From the NCBI GenBank assembly GCA_963712745.1, contig CAVQJC010000005.1:313488-377487 (forward strand): a stretch of DNA of 64,000 bases, given 5' to 3'. A program made the position numbers and the translations under genes. The notes beneath the pieces are model-generated. The model did not search any database. It had not been told where the DNA came from and saw only the letters and a list, made by a program, of their open reading frames with translations. Origin of the DNA: an uncultured Chloroflexia bacterium. Lineage in GTDB: Bacteria > Chloroflexota > Limnocylindria > Limnocylindrales > CSP1-4. Below are positions 52,663-63,775 of the stretch, piece after piece (the stretch's first letter is position 1; the number at the start of each line of letters is the position of its first letter).

Positions 52663-53751
52663 TCAGCAGATGACGATGGCGCGTTCGCGGCTCACGTCCG
52701 ACCGAAGCTTGCGGTCCACGACCACCCGGAGCCGATAGCCCACCTTCAGACCCGGGGCCTCCAGGGTCGGTGGCAGGTCGGCCGCCACGGGAAGCGTCAC
52801 CGTGGTCCCGTCTAGTGAGTCGTGGTCGACCGGCACGGACCCGACGACCAGCCCCAGGTCGGTACTGGCGTCGACATCGAGCTTCAGCTCCACACGTGCC
52901 GAGCGACCACCGGGCGAGCCCGGCCACGCGATGCCCACCGCGAGCGCGGAGCCAGCGGCCACGGGCGGCAGCGGGTCCACGCTGATCGTGGCGTCCTCGT
53001 CGGTGACCGCGTCATTCATGGCACCTGAGGGCAGCGTGAGCACGCCAGCCCGGAGCAGGTCCGGATGCTGGCGGACATCGACATAGGCACAGACTCGTTC
53101 GTCGGCACCCAGGCTGATGTCCCAGTGCGCCTCCAGGGCCCAGGCGATCGCAGCGACACCGGCGTGCGCCGTGGGTGGCCCCAGCCGAGGGGCCGGGATG
53201 GTGAACGGCAGCTCGATCAGCTGTCCGGCTTCGAGCGATGTGGGCAGCGCCGGGTCGATGAATGGCAGCGAGTCGATGGCGGATCCGTGCACTTCGACCC
53301 AGCTGAAGGTCTTTGTTGCGGCGGTCGCGCTTGAGCCACCCCCGCCCGAGGGCTTGCTGGCGGCCGACTCGGCCACGCTGGGCTGCTTCGTGACGGAGCG
53401 AGTCTGCTCGGTCAAGCGCATACCCACCAGCCGCAGCACCGCGGAGCGCGCCCGGAGCTCCCGCTGGGCCCGGATGCGGATACGCCCGCTGATGGCCTCG
53501 CCGACGCGTGCCGGCTCGTCGAGCTCGATGGCGCCTTCCAGGCCCGGCGTTGGACCCGGAACCAGCTCCCGCAGGTCAGTCATCGCGAGCGGGTGACTGC
53601 CCCGCGGACCGGACAGCCGCAGGGAGTCGAGAGCGTTGAACGGTGCAGGCACGACGCCGGCGGGTGACACCGGCAGCTCCTTCAACGCGGACAGGTCAGT
53701 CGCCCACGTGGTCGTGCCGCCGATCGCGGCCCGAAACCCTGCCTGACTCAT
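52663..53751 (-). CDS. Hypothetical protein with arrestin/SpoOM-like Ig-fold features
   Basis: VGEAISGRIRI..LRLVG...LPFTIPAP..GPPT..IAW.L pattern occurring twice. Confidence 0.5.
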   Translation of the reverse strand: MSQAGFRAAIGGTTTWATDLSALKELPVSPAGVVPAPFNALDSLRLSGPRGSHPLAMTDLRELVPGPTPGLEGAIELDEPARVGEAISGRIRIRAQRELRARSAVLRLVGMRLTEQTRSVTKQPSVAESAASKPSGGGGSSATAATKTFSWVEVHGSAIDSLPFIDPALPTSLEAGQLIELPFTIPAPRLGPPTAHAGVAAIAWALEAHWDISLGADERVCAYVDVRQHPDLLRAGVLTLPSGAMNDAVTDEDATISVDPLPPVAAGSALAVGIAWPGSPGGRSARVELKLDVDASTDLGLVVGSVPVDHDSLDGTTVTLPVAADLPPTLEAPGLKVGYRLRVVVDRKLRSDVSRERAIVIC

Positions 53752-54147
53752 AGCTGCCTCTCCTCGACTTGCGGGGTCTTCACCTTCGGTCACGCGTCCT
53801 GCGGTCGTCAAGTCGGGATGCCGGGAGGACACACACCGGCCTTGCGCCGGGTGAAGCCTCTGGGTGCAGGACTCCATGATCCGTGCGGTGTCGGCGCGAC
53901 TCCACGAGCTCATGGATCGGCACGGCCGACGATCAGAGCTCCCTTGTCACCGGTTCGTTGAGAGAGCAGTTGCTGTAGCGACTTCACGGGCACCCAGGCG
54001 GGTTGGTGACCCTCTTCAGGCGCGTCCTGGCGAAGTAAAGACAGCTCGGGTCCAGACGTGAGCACTTCCCAGACGCGCCGAGGCGCTCTTTAGACCCATC
54101 GTGCCGACCAGACGCGGAGACGCCGCGGATCTGGACCGGAGGCAACG

Positions 54148-54363
54148 ATGCACGACCATCACATGCGAACGCTTTCTCGTGACCGAGTCAACCAGATGCT
54201 GGTTGAAGCCGAACAGCAGCGGCTCGCGCAACAGGCGAAACGTGCCGGCCGCACCATCGACCGTTCGCGGCACCGAGGCCAACCCACGCAGCGACCGACG
54301 GGCAGGCTCAAGCGGCTGCGGACCGGACTCATCTACGTGCGCCATCTCATCCCAGCCCGGTAG
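54148..54363 (+). CDS. Small hypothetical protein (71 aa)
   Basis: GGAGG RBS; DRVNQMLVEAEQQRLAQQA helix; directly upstream of the LuxR regulator. Confidence 0.55.
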   Translation: MHDHHMRTLSRDRVNQMLVEAEQQRLAQQAKRAGRTIDRSRHRGQPTQRPTGRLKRLRTGLIYVRHLIPAR

Positions 54364-54395
54364 ACCGCATCGACGATCAGCGCGGGATCCTGCCT

Positions 54396-57383
54396 ATGAT
54401 CGTGCCCATGGCTGCGAGGATCACCAGCGCGGAGCTGGTCGGGAGGACCGAAGCGCTCGAGCAGCTGCTCGCGCCGCTGACCGACCCCGCTGTTGCTCAG
54501 GCTCGGCACGTCGTCGTTACCGGCGAGGCAGGGGTCGGCAAGTCTCGCCTCCTCGTACGCGCTGGTGAGGTGGCCAAGGAAGCGGGTGTCAGCGTCCTGG
54601 CGGGCGGCTGCGTGAGCATGGGCGATGCCGTGCTGCCGTTCGCGCCATACGCCGAGGTGATACGCGATCTCGTGGCCCAGGACGGTTCGGTCCAGGCAGC
54701 CGGCATGGCGGGCTGGGGGGCACGCGACCTTGCACGGCTGGTCCCGGCGCTGGGCGGATCCGAGGGTCCGGAGGAGGCGGACTCGGTGGGCCAGCTGCGC
54801 TTGTTCGAGGCCCTTCTCGACCTGCTTCGACGGGTCGCATCGCGAGGACCACTGATGGTGCAGCTCGAGGACATGCACTGGGCCGATGCCGGCACGCTGG
54901 CCGCGACATCGTTCCTGTTCAGGTCGATCCGTGACGAGCCCGTCAGCATCGTGTGCACGGTCCGCGCCGACGAGATCGGTGGCCACCAGGAGCTCAGACG
55001 GTGGCTCGTCGAATCCAGCCGATCCGAGCGTGTCCGGCGTCTCGAGCTCGAACCTCTCGACGCAGACGAGTCAAAGGAGCTGGTTCGCAACATCACCGGG
55101 AACGACCTCGCCCCGACCGCGCTCGAAGACATCCATCGACGATCGGACGGCAACCCCTACTACATCGAGGAGTTGCTGGCCTCGGGCGCTGCCGGAGACC
55201 GCTACCTGCCCACGTCGCTTCGCGAGGTGCTGCTCGCGCGCGTGGACGGGCTCGACGGTCGATCACAACGGTTGCTTGCCGTCGCAGCGGTCGGTGGACG
55301 CGAGGTTGATCACGGTGTCCTGCTCGCGGTCGATGGCCGCTCGCAGCGAGATATCACCGATGACCTGGAGCGGCTCGTGCAAGTGGGGCTACTGACGCCG
55401 GTATCGACGTCCTCGCGCGATGGCTACGCGTTCCGCCACGCCTTGCTCCAGGAGGCAGTACTGGGATCGATGATCCCGTCGGAGCGGCGGCGCCTGCATG
55501 GTGAGTACGCGGCCGTACTCGAGGCGCGCGGCGATACCGCCTCCAGGGATGTCCAGCTCCTGGTCGGCCTGGCCCACCACTGGCGGGAGGCTCGAAGCGA
55601 CCGAGCGCTGCGTGGATCGATCCAGGCAGGCGATGCGGCGATGGATGCATATGCGTTCGCCACGGCGGGCGTCGAATTCGACCACGCCCTGGAGCTGTGG
55701 GACGACGCGGCGGGCGCGCGACCGGACGATCTCGATCGGGTGGACCTCCTGGTTCGATCGTCGCTCGCGGCATGGTACGCAGGCGAACACCGACGGGCAG
55801 TCGCCCACGCGCGCGAGGCGTTGGGGGAGCTGGACGACGAGGCATCCCGCCGCACCGAAATCGGGGTCCTGTTGGCACGAACGCTGTTCAACTCGGGAGA
55901 CTGGAGCGGTGCGGTCGAGGTCTTCGAACAAGCGCTGGAAGCGGCGCCGCCGCCGCCAGACCTGGCGCGGATCAAGGCCCTCGCAGGCCTCGGCCAGGGA
56001 TACATGCTCCTGGGCTGGCTGGCCAGGTCTCGCCCGCTCTGCGAGGAAGCCATCGCCCTGGCTCGCCACATAGGAGCGCGAGACCTGGAGGGGCACGCCC
56101 TGGACACGCTGTCGATCTGCCTGGCAGGTCTGGGCGAGATCGACCCGGCCATCGAAGCCATCGACTCGGCGCTGGCGATCGCCGAAGAGCTCAGTCTCCC
56201 CGAAGAGATCGGTCGGGCGCTCATCAACCGCACGGACGTGCTCGACTGGGCCGGTCGCACACGTGAGGCGCTCGAGAGGGTTCACGAAGGCGTCAGCGTG
56301 ACGGCGAGCCTGGGCCTGGAGTCCAGCATCGGCGTACTGCTTCGATACAACGGCGTCCGCTGTGCGTACCTGGTGGGGGAATGGGGCGAAGCCGCCGACC
56401 TGCTCGCTGAAGCTGACCGGCTTGCCAGCCCGGACATCGGCACCGAGGCCTATCGAGCCGAGTACGCGTTGAACTACCTGGTCAGCGTCGGAGCGCCGGA
56501 GGCCACGACGACCTGGAACCGGGCCCGCCAGATGCGCTCGGAGCACCCCCCCACAGTGACCTCGACGACGCCATACGCAGCGGCCATCGAGGCCGCCTGC
56601 TACGAGGAACGCTATGACGAGGCGGTCGAGATCGGCGAGGAGTGCCTGGAGCTCCTGCAACAGATCGATGGCCAGTGGCGACTGCATGAGGTCGGACTCG
56701 CCATGGCCTGGCCCCTCGCCGAGCTCGGGCGTGCGGCGAAGGCCTTGAAGGCAATGGACCGATGGCATTCGACGCGTGCCCGCCTCGACAGCCTGATCAA
56801 GACGATGCGGCAGACGCGCGACGGGTACGCCGAGCCGACAGGGCCGTTACGGCAGGTCCTGCTGGCCTATGACGCTCACGTCGAAACGGAGCGGCGCAGG
56901 CTGGATGGCACCGATACTGCCGAGGAGTGGCAGGCGGTCGCCGTGAGGTGGCAGGATGTCGAGCGACCACTCTTCGAAGCGTACGCCCAGTGGCGCGCGA
57001 GCCAGGCAGCCGATGCTGCGGGCCAGCACGAGATGGCCGAGAGGGCGCTGCGGAGATCACACAAGATCGCACACGGCCTCGGTGCACGACCCCTATTGGA
57101 CTTGCTTGACCGGACCGCTCGCAAGCTGCGGATCCGGCTGGGAACGGACCACGGGCCGACCGGCTCGGCAGACGCGCAGTCGCCGTATGGCCTCACGCGA
57201 CGAGAGCAGGAAGTGCTGCAGCTGGTGGCCACAGGCCGGACCAACGCCCAGATCGGCGAGGCGCTGTTCATCAGTCCATCGACGGCCGGAGTCCACGTGT
57301 CCAACATTCTCTCGAAGCTGGGTGTGTCGACCCGGACCGAGGCAGCCAGCGTGGCGGTGCGCGACGGCCTTGCACGCCCCTGA
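54396..57383 (+). CDS. Large ATP-binding LuxR-family regulator (AAA + TPR + LuxR HTH)
   Basis: GEAGVGKS, LEDMHWAD, GNPYYIEE, FRHAL; LTRREQEVL..GRTNAQIGEALFIS..HVSNILSKLGV. Confidence 0.92.
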   Translation: MIVPMAARITSAELVGRTEALEQLLAPLTDPAVAQARHVVVTGEAGVGKSRLLVRAGEVAKEAGVSVLAGGCVSMGDAVLPFAPYAEVIRDLVAQDGSVQAAGMAGWGARDLARLVPALGGSEGPEEADSVGQLRLFEALLDLLRRVASRGPLMVQLEDMHWADAGTLAATSFLFRSIRDEPVSIVCTVRADEIGGHQELRRWLVESSRSERVRRLELEPLDADESKELVRNITGNDLAPTALEDIHRRSDGNPYYIEELLASGAAGDRYLPTSLREVLLARVDGLDGRSQRLLAVAAVGGREVDHGVLLAVDGRSQRDITDDLERLVQVGLLTPVSTSSRDGYAFRHALLQEAVLGSMIPSERRRLHGEYAAVLEARGDTASRDVQLLVGLAHHWREARSDRALRGSIQAGDAAMDAYAFATAGVEFDHALELWDDAAGARPDDLDRVDLLVRSSLAAWYAGEHRRAVAHAREALGELDDEASRRTEIGVLLARTLFNSGDWSGAVEVFEQALEAAPPPPDLARIKALAGLGQGYMLLGWLARSRPLCEEAIALARHIGARDLEGHALDTLSICLAGLGEIDPAIEAIDSALAIAEELSLPEEIGRALINRTDVLDWAGRTREALERVHEGVSVTASLGLESSIGVLLRYNGVRCAYLVGEWGEAADLLAEADRLASPDIGTEAYRAEYALNYLVSVGAPEATTTWNRARQMRSEHPPTVTSTTPYAAAIEAACYEERYDEAVEIGEECLELLQQIDGQWRLHEVGLAMAWPLAELGRAAKALKAMDRWHSTRARLDSLIKTMRQTRDGYAEPTGPLRQVLLAYDAHVETERRRLDGTDTAEEWQAVAVRWQDVERPLFEAYAQWRASQAADAAGQHEMAERALRRSHKIAHGLGARPLLDLLDRTARKLRIRLGTDHGPTGSADAQSPYGLTRREQEVLQLVATGRTNAQIGEALFISPSTAGVHVSNILSKLGVSTRTEAASVAVRDGLARP

Positions 57384-57421
57384 TCGCACGCCGGCGCCGT
57401 CAACCTAGGCCCGGAGGGCCA

Positions 57422-58324
57422 TCACTTGACTGCCCCTGCCGTCATTCCGCAAATCAGGTACCGCTGGAAGGCGAAAGCGAGGATGAGAGGCGGAAGACTC
57501 GCTACAACGCCAGCGGCAGCGATCTTCAGGTGCTCAAGACCAAGCTTGGTGCTGAACTCGCCGATAAGCACCGGCAGGGTCTTCGCCTCCACGTTGGTCA
57601 GGGTGAACGCGTACAGGTACTCATTCCACGCCACCACGAAGGCGAACACCGCGACCGTGATGACTCCTGGTATGGCGAGCGGCAGCGTCACGCGCAAGAG
57701 TGCACCCAGGCGAGACGCACCGTCGATCATGGCGGCTTCTTCGAGCTCACGCGGGATCGTCGCGAAGTAGCTCCGCAACATCCAGATGGCCAGAGGGAGG
57801 ATCAGGGTCATGTACACGAGCACGATGCCCAGCTGCGTATCGAGAAGATCCAACTGGCGGAGAATCACGTACATCGGGATGACGATCGCGATCGGCGGGA
57901 CCATCTGGACGCTCATCGCGCCGAACAGGTACTGCTTCCGGCCGGGAAACCTGACCCGGGCGACTGCGTACGCAGCGAATACGCCGAGGCCCAAGGCGAG
58001 AGCCGTGGTGCCCGAGGCGATGATCGCTGAGTTCCGCAGCGAGGAAAGGAAGAGCGACGTGTTCGACGATCCCCCCCCGGTCGAGGCGAAGAGGTCGCGG
58101 TAGTTGTCAAGCGTGAGCCGATCAGGAATGAGCTTCGTCGGGATCTCGAGCAGATCGGCCTTGTAGGAGAGGGACGAGATCACCATCCAGGCATACGGCG
58201 CAAGCGTCCAAACCATGATCAGAACGACCGCCGTGTACAAGCCGAACCTGCTGAGCCGGTGACGCCAAACCACCTTCCTCGGCTTGTGCGCGGTCGTCGC
58301 CCTCGCTGACGGGCTGCTGGGCAC
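57422..58324 (-). CDS. Carbohydrate ABC permease (MalG-like)
   Basis: IPRELEEAAMIDGAS, AWNEYLYA. Confidence 0.9.
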   Translation of the reverse strand: MPSSPSARATTAHKPRKVVWRHRLSRFGLYTAVVLIMVWTLAPYAWMVISSLSYKADLLEIPTKLIPDRLTLDNYRDLFASTGGGSSNTSLFLSSLRNSAIIASGTTALALGLGVFAAYAVARVRFPGRKQYLFGAMSVQMVPPIAIVIPMYVILRQLDLLDTQLGIVLVYMTLILPLAIWMLRSYFATIPRELEEAAMIDGASRLGALLRVTLPLAIPGVITVAVFAFVVAWNEYLYAFTLTNVEAKTLPVLIGEFSTKLGLEHLKIAAAGVVASLPPLILAFAFQRYLICGMTAGAVK

Positions 58325-58326
58325 CT

Positions 58327-59229
58327 CTACATCTCCACGATCGACTTGTGGGCCTTGCGGATATAGATGACCGCCGGCACGAGGAGCAGGAGCGCAACGG
58401 AGTAGGCCATGGCAGCACCGAGGCCGAACCGCAGCGACCTGAACGTCGTCGAGTAGATCCGAAGGGACACGAGCTCGGTCGAGCTCTGCGGTCCGCCTCC
58501 GGTGATGATCTGCGGGATCTCGAAGGTCTGGAACCCCCAGATCAGCTGGAGCAGACCGGCAACGATCAGGATGGGCAGGATGAGTGGGAACGTGACGTAG
58601 CGGAACCGCTGCCATGCCGATGCTCCGTCGATGTGTGCCGCCTCATAGGGCGCAGTCGGAATCGCCATCAGGGCCCCAAGGAGCAACAAGACGGTGAGGG
58701 GCGTCTCCTTCCAGACATTGGCCAGGATGATGAGGCCCATGGCCCAGTTCGGATCAGCCAGCCACACCTGGTACTCGTCTATCAGGCCCAGCTGAAGCAG
58801 GACGGCGTTCAGTGCGCCGAAATCAGCGTTGTAGATCCACTTCCACATCGATGCCGCGACTACCGCCGGCAAGGCCCAGGGAAGGATGATGATGGCACGT
58901 GCCAGTCCACGACCCCTGAAGGCCTGGGTCAGGACGAGGGCGAATGCGATGGCGAGTGGGAGCTCGATCGCGATCGATGTCAGTGAGAAGACAGTCGTGG
59001 CTTTGAGCGAATTGAGAAACCGCTCATCGGTCGCCAGCCGGATGTAGTTGTCGAGCCCAACGAAGGCATCGTTCTGCGGTCTCGCGAGGTCCCGCTGCTG
59101 GAAGCTCAGGATCAGAGCGTTGACGAGCGGGAGAAGAACGACGGCGAAGATGGCGATGAGCGCTGGGGTGGCAAGGGCGAGACCGAATCGGCGCTCTGCG
59201 GAGGAGTCGCGACCGCCACCTGCACTCAA
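58327..59229 (-). CDS. Carbohydrate ABC permease (MalF-like)
   Basis: FVGLDNY, YEAAHIDGASAWQRF, TGGGP. Confidence 0.9.
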   Translation of the reverse strand: MSAGGGRDSSAERRFGLALATPALIAIFAVVLLPLVNALILSFQQRDLARPQNDAFVGLDNYIRLATDERFLNSLKATTVFSLTSIAIELPLAIAFALVLTQAFRGRGLARAIIILPWALPAVVAASMWKWIYNADFGALNAVLLQLGLIDEYQVWLADPNWAMGLIILANVWKETPLTVLLLLGALMAIPTAPYEAAHIDGASAWQRFRYVTFPLILPILIVAGLLQLIWGFQTFEIPQIITGGGPQSSTELVSLRIYSTTFRSLRFGLGAAMAYSVALLLLVPAVIYIRKAHKSIVEM

Positions 59230-59280
59230 TCTCTCACCTACCTCCCAGCCCTCCCGAACTCACACCACCATCGCGACAAA

Positions 59281-59309
59281 GGGCCACCGTTGACATCCAA
59301 CGGTGGCCC
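59281..59309 (-). terminator. Strong hairpin after the SBP gene (terminator or mRNA stabiliser)
   Basis: GGGCCACCGTTG-ACATC-CAACGGTGGCCC 12-bp stem followed by TTTG on the minus strand. Confidence 0.7.
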
Positions 59310-59355
59310 GCGTACCGGTCCTGAGAACGATTACTCCGGTCTACTTCTGCGTCGG

Positions 59356-60648
59356 TTATTGGACGCAGTTGAACTCGTCAAGACCAGAGGCGATCGCGTC
59401 GAGAGCCTCCTGGGCCGTCTGCCCTCCACCGAGTGCCTTGTGGATCTCGGCTGTGCTGATGTCGACGAGGTCGGCGTACCAGGTCAGGGTCGAAAGGCCG
59501 CGAACCGATCCGAGCTGGCTCGAGAAGGCCTCCCATTCTGGGTACTGCGCCACCAGGTCGGGGTCCGTGTACAGGTCGACCCAGATCGGAAGCATGCCGA
59601 TCTGCTCGGCCATGAACCGGTTCGTCTCCTCACTCGTCATGTACTCGATGAACTTCCAGGCAGCCTCCTTGTGCTCGGAGTTGGCCGGGATGGCGAACCC
59701 TTCAGGAAGCGTCAGCGAGGGCGCACCCGCGGGGACAGTCCCGATCGCCAGCTCTCCCTGGATCGACGAGAGGGCGTCGTCTTCGGCGAACGCCACGAGG
59801 CCTGGAATGCCCTGGGGCATGAACAGAGACCGTCCAGCAAGGAACACATCCTGGGATGCAGCCTGGTCGAATGTGAGGCCGGCCGGATCGGCGACTCCGT
59901 TGGCCAGGGAGTCGATCATGTACTGCAGGCCCTCGAGGGTCTTCGGATCGTCCTGAGCGACGATGCACGATGCGTCGTCCACGATCTCGCCGCCGAATGC
60001 ATATGTCCAGAAGTGGAACTCGTTGCCGAGGGACCACTCCTGGTTCCAGAACGGTGCAAGACCATGCTCGACGACCCCGGCAGCGGCCGCCGCTTGACTC
60101 TGTTCGGTGAACTCCGCCCAATCCTGCGGGGGAGTGTCGAAGCCAGCTTCGGCAAGCTTGGCCTCGTTGTAGAAGAAGAACCTTGTGTCGTTGTTCCAGA
60201 CGAGACCGGTGATGGAACCATCAGGACAGGTGAACAGGTCTACCAGTCCCTGGATCATCCCGTCGGTATAACCAGCTGGCATGAAGTCGTTGAGTGGGGT
60301 GGCCCAACCGGCACCGCACCACTGCGCGACCCAGCCGTTGTCGAACTCGACGACGTCATAGGCGCTACCGCCCGTCGCGAGCTCAGGCACGACCTTGTCG
60401 GCTACTGAGTCCCAGTCGCTCTGAATGAGATTCACCGAGATCCCGGTCTCTTCCTGGAACTGGTTGATGCGAGCCTCGAAGGCGGTACCCATGTCCGCCT
60501 CGTGGGCCGGGAAGATGACGGTGATCTCCTCAGACGCATCCTGCGCCACCGCCGTCGTCGCGCCGAACGCAGCGACGGTCAGGGACAGCGCCAGCGCCCC
60601 GAGTACCGATCCCCGTCCTGGATGCCTGGTGAGTGCTTGATCGCTCAA
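59356..60648 (-). CDS. Sugar ABC substrate-binding protein
   Basis: Signal peptide ...ATTAVAQD; FYNEAKLAEAGF..PP.DW; AWKFIEYM; TTG start after GAGGAG. Confidence 0.88.
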   Translation of the reverse strand: MSDQALTRHPGRGSVLGALALSLTVAAFGATTAVAQDASEEITVIFPAHEADMGTAFEARINQFQEETGISVNLIQSDWDSVADKVVPELATGGSAYDVVEFDNGWVAQWCGAGWATPLNDFMPAGYTDGMIQGLVDLFTCPDGSITGLVWNNDTRFFFYNEAKLAEAGFDTPPQDWAEFTEQSQAAAAAGVVEHGLAPFWNQEWSLGNEFHFWTYAFGGEIVDDASCIVAQDDPKTLEGLQYMIDSLANGVADPAGLTFDQAASQDVFLAGRSLFMPQGIPGLVAFAEDDALSSIQGELAIGTVPAGAPSLTLPEGFAIPANSEHKEAAWKFIEYMTSEETNRFMAEQIGMLPIWVDLYTDPDLVAQYPEWEAFSSQLGSVRGLSTLTWYADLVDISTAEIHKALGGGQTAQEALDAIASGLDEFNCVQ

Positions 60649-61044
60649 GGTGAACTCCTCTCGTTGTCGTCCTTGTCGGCGACTTGCAGACCCCAATGAG
60701 AATGACCGAGTTTGCGCGTTATCACAACTGGTCTGTTGTCTCCTGTGCACTGCTCCCGGGCGTGCGACGCATCGGCTGGGCAGGCCTCGGTGGCAGCAGA
60801 TGGACGGAGTGCCGGCGGACATGCCCGGTCGATCGGCTGTCTGTCTGCCCGGATCCGAGCGCGGACGCCATCATCGGCGGACGTCAACGGACGCTATGAG
60901 GCTGATTCGTGAGGGACGGCGCGACGACGCTGCTGGCCCAGCGCTACTCGGCGGAGCAGGACGAGGCATTCGTGGCAGGGATGAGGGCGCGGTTTGGGCC
61001 ATAGCCCAACGCCCCCGATATCATCAACGCGATACGTGCCATCG

Positions 61045-61205
61045 GCATATCCGAGGCCCTTCAAGTGGTCGGCGACAGTCTTCGCCGTAGCGGATTCTCA
61101 ATTCGGAAGCTCCGGATGCTGATGGATGTGCCGGAACCAGCCAGTCACTTGCCGCGCAACGTCATCCGACTGCCTGTTGATCTCGTCCCGGGTATCACCA
61201 GCCAC
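61045..61205 (-). pseudogene. N-terminal remnant of an M20 amidohydrolase
   Basis: GAGGAG RBS, then VAGDTRDEINRQSDDVARQVTGWFRHIHQHPELPN*ESATAKTVADHLKGLG (HxHPEL motif, internal TGA); remainder absent. Confidence 0.7.
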
Positions 61206-61410
61206 GTTCGATCCCTCCTCGTGAGCGCGGGCGTGCTCGGCACGAGACACTGCGCGACAGCCTACGCCTGCTCGGGCCTCCTCATCGCTTCTCTGGCACG
61301 GTCATCCCGATGTGATGCTCGGCCGGCAGCCTGCTAGCGCTCGGATAGCCAGACGATGACGGTTGGGCCGTCCGAGGGTCGCGATCCAGGGGCCCCGGTC
61401 GGGCTCGTCC

Positions 61411-61770
61411 CTACAGCTTGCCCACGACGTGGGCGAGTACTTGCGACATCTGGTCGTGGGGGCTGAACTCCACCATCCTGACCGCTTCCTCGACCACGAT
61501 GGTGTGGCCTGAGGGCCAGTAGTAGATCTCGCCTGCGCTCACGACCTCTTCGGTGCCGTCCTCGTAGTACACGCGGATGCGGCCCTCGATGACGAACCCC
61601 CAGTGCGGACACTGGCAATGGTCTCCCTCGAGACCTTCGAGCATGGGCCGGAAATCCAGGCCGGCCGGGTACTGCATGTACGCAGTGGTCATCCCACCCC
61701 AGTCCTGCCCACGGATCATCTCTCCGAGGGCTTGATGAGCGATCGGGAGGTCCTTGACGTTGCTCTTCAT
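61411..61770 (-). CDS. Cupin-domain protein
   Basis: CQCPHWGFVIEG...AGEIYYWPSGH...EFSP. Confidence 0.8.
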   Translation of the reverse strand: MKSNVKDLPIAHQALGEMIRGQDWGGMTTAYMQYPAGLDFRPMLEGLEGDHCQCPHWGFVIEGRIRVYYEDGTEEVVSAGEIYYWPSGHTIVVEEAVRMVEFSPHDQMSQVLAHVVGKL

Positions 61771-62056
61771 GTCCGCTGTCTCCTCGTGGCTGACTGGAAC
61801 AGGTCCGCCACCTCACGCCGGATCGGCCACGCCGGGCGGCATGGGACAGCGCCGAGGCCCGGCGGACCCCGAGTATCGAGCATGGCGGGTACAGGCCGCT
61901 GGGGGTGTCGCCAACCCGACGCGAGGGCAGTCGGATGTTCGTCAGCCCAGAGGGATGCGACCGGCGCGTGATACGAGGGATGGTCGCAGTACAGGCGCCG
62001 TGCTGCTCACCCGCGTGGTAGGTGACCAACGAGTTCGCCCGACAGGGGCTCGGCGA

Positions 62057-63497
62057 TCAGGATGGGGGGTCGTGCGGGAGTGCGAGGCGTCCCATCCGGA
62101 ACGTGGCATAGGGGCCGGGGAAGAGCAAGTTGGAGACACGGGACGTGTAGATGTCGGCATAGCGCTCGATCTGGCGAAAGAACAGGCTCTTGTCTTGTTT
62201 GGCCCGCGTCAGCGTCCCCCACCCCTGGTTCTGCAGTCGACTTGCTTCATCTTTCAAGGGGGCCATGAGCTCGTTGAGCTGGGACAGTTCGGCCTCTGTC
62301 TCGGCTATCGACGCGAGGTGGCCTTCGTTGGGCCCCAGCGGATCGGCATGGCCTTCGGCGGCTCGGAGTTGGGCGAGTCGTTGGGCGCCTAGCTGAGCTT
62401 CGAGTCTCTGGCGGTGGTCGATGAGCTCACTCAGACGAGCCTGGGTCGGCTTGAACTCGGCAAGAGCGCGGATCTCCGCCTCGAGTTCCTGAAGGATCAG
62501 AGCTGTTCTCCAGCGACGCAGAGCTTTGGAGTAGTGGACGTCGCCGTAGAGGTGGTCGCCCACATAGAGGATCTCGTCGCCGATGAGTCCAAGGCTCTCC
62601 TCCAGAAGCTGTGCGTTGCCGCCGTAGAACACACCGCCACTGCCCAGGGGGCCGAAGTGGGGTTCGAGCAGACCCCGCTCTTCGTCCACGACCCGGTATA
62701 GCGGGTTCGACGAGGTGAAGAACCCCGGCTTGGCTGATGAGACGACCACGATCTCGAACAGGTCGCGCCACTTGTCGCCGCCTCTCAGGAAGGGGTCGAA
62801 TGTGTGGGTCATGATCTTGTTCGTGTAGCTCCACTCGGAGTTCGTGATGAGCATGAGGAGCTTTCCTGACACTCTCTGGTCAAGGAGACTCGCCACGATG
62901 TCCCCATCCAGGGAGATGAATCGTCCAGGGTCCGCCAAGACGCCCTTCTTGAGCGTTCCGTCCCGATGGATCCAGATCGACCGCGTCCACTACCGCGGCA
63001 AACATGTCTCGATACCCCATGCCGCCGGGAAGCCTCCCAGCGTCGAGAAGCTCTACGCCTTGGGCGAACAGGCTCGCTTCTGAGAGCGAGAACAAGGAAT
63101 TGAGCAGGACGTAGCGGTCCTCTGACAGGTCGATGTGAGTTCCCAGATAGGTGCTTCGAACCTCGTCGTGGTCCAGGAACCGACTGCCGTGTTTTGCCCT
63201 GACGACCCAGCCGAAGCGAGTTGCCTTGACGAGGTTCCCGAGGTCTTGATCGACCACGAGCCCTCGGGCTGTCGAGGTGGCATCGAATGAGAGGGCCCCG
63301 ACTGGCCAACCGAGTTCGGCGAGGAGACTGCTGGCGTGGGAGAAGGCGAACTCCTCGAAGGCCTCCGCCTTGTACTGCGTGAGGGTGTAGTCCATGTCGT
63401 AGCCGACCGCACGTATCGACTTCATCTTCAAGGTGCGATTGGCGAAGACCCGACGTTCGGGAGCGGGTTCGGGAAACTGTCTGTCACTGGCCGTCAT
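62057..63497 (-). CDS. HAD-IG family 5'-nucleotidase (cN-II-like), frameshifted near 62950-62985
   Basis: VFANRTL..GYDMDYTL; LITNS.WSYT; AKPGFF; YVGDHLYGD; RYADIYTSRVSN. Confidence 0.9.
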
Positions 63498-63775
63498 CGT
63501 CGAAGGGTAGCGCTTGGCACATGCCTTCCTGGAAGCCACTTCAGGCGGCCGGCGACCGCGGGGTAGCCGTCAAGGGCCCACGCTACGTTGATGTCGCGGG
63601 CAAGGGTCGGGTCAACGACTACTGGTCAGTTCCGCTCGCTCCAGGCGTAGTGCGCTGGTGGTCGGGGACACGGAAGAGGCGGTCGGGGAAGGACGCGAAG
63701 ATCCCGCCCATCCAACGCACATGTTCCCCGCGCCCCGCGGCCACGGGTGGGGGTCGAGCGGCCATGTCCTCTACA

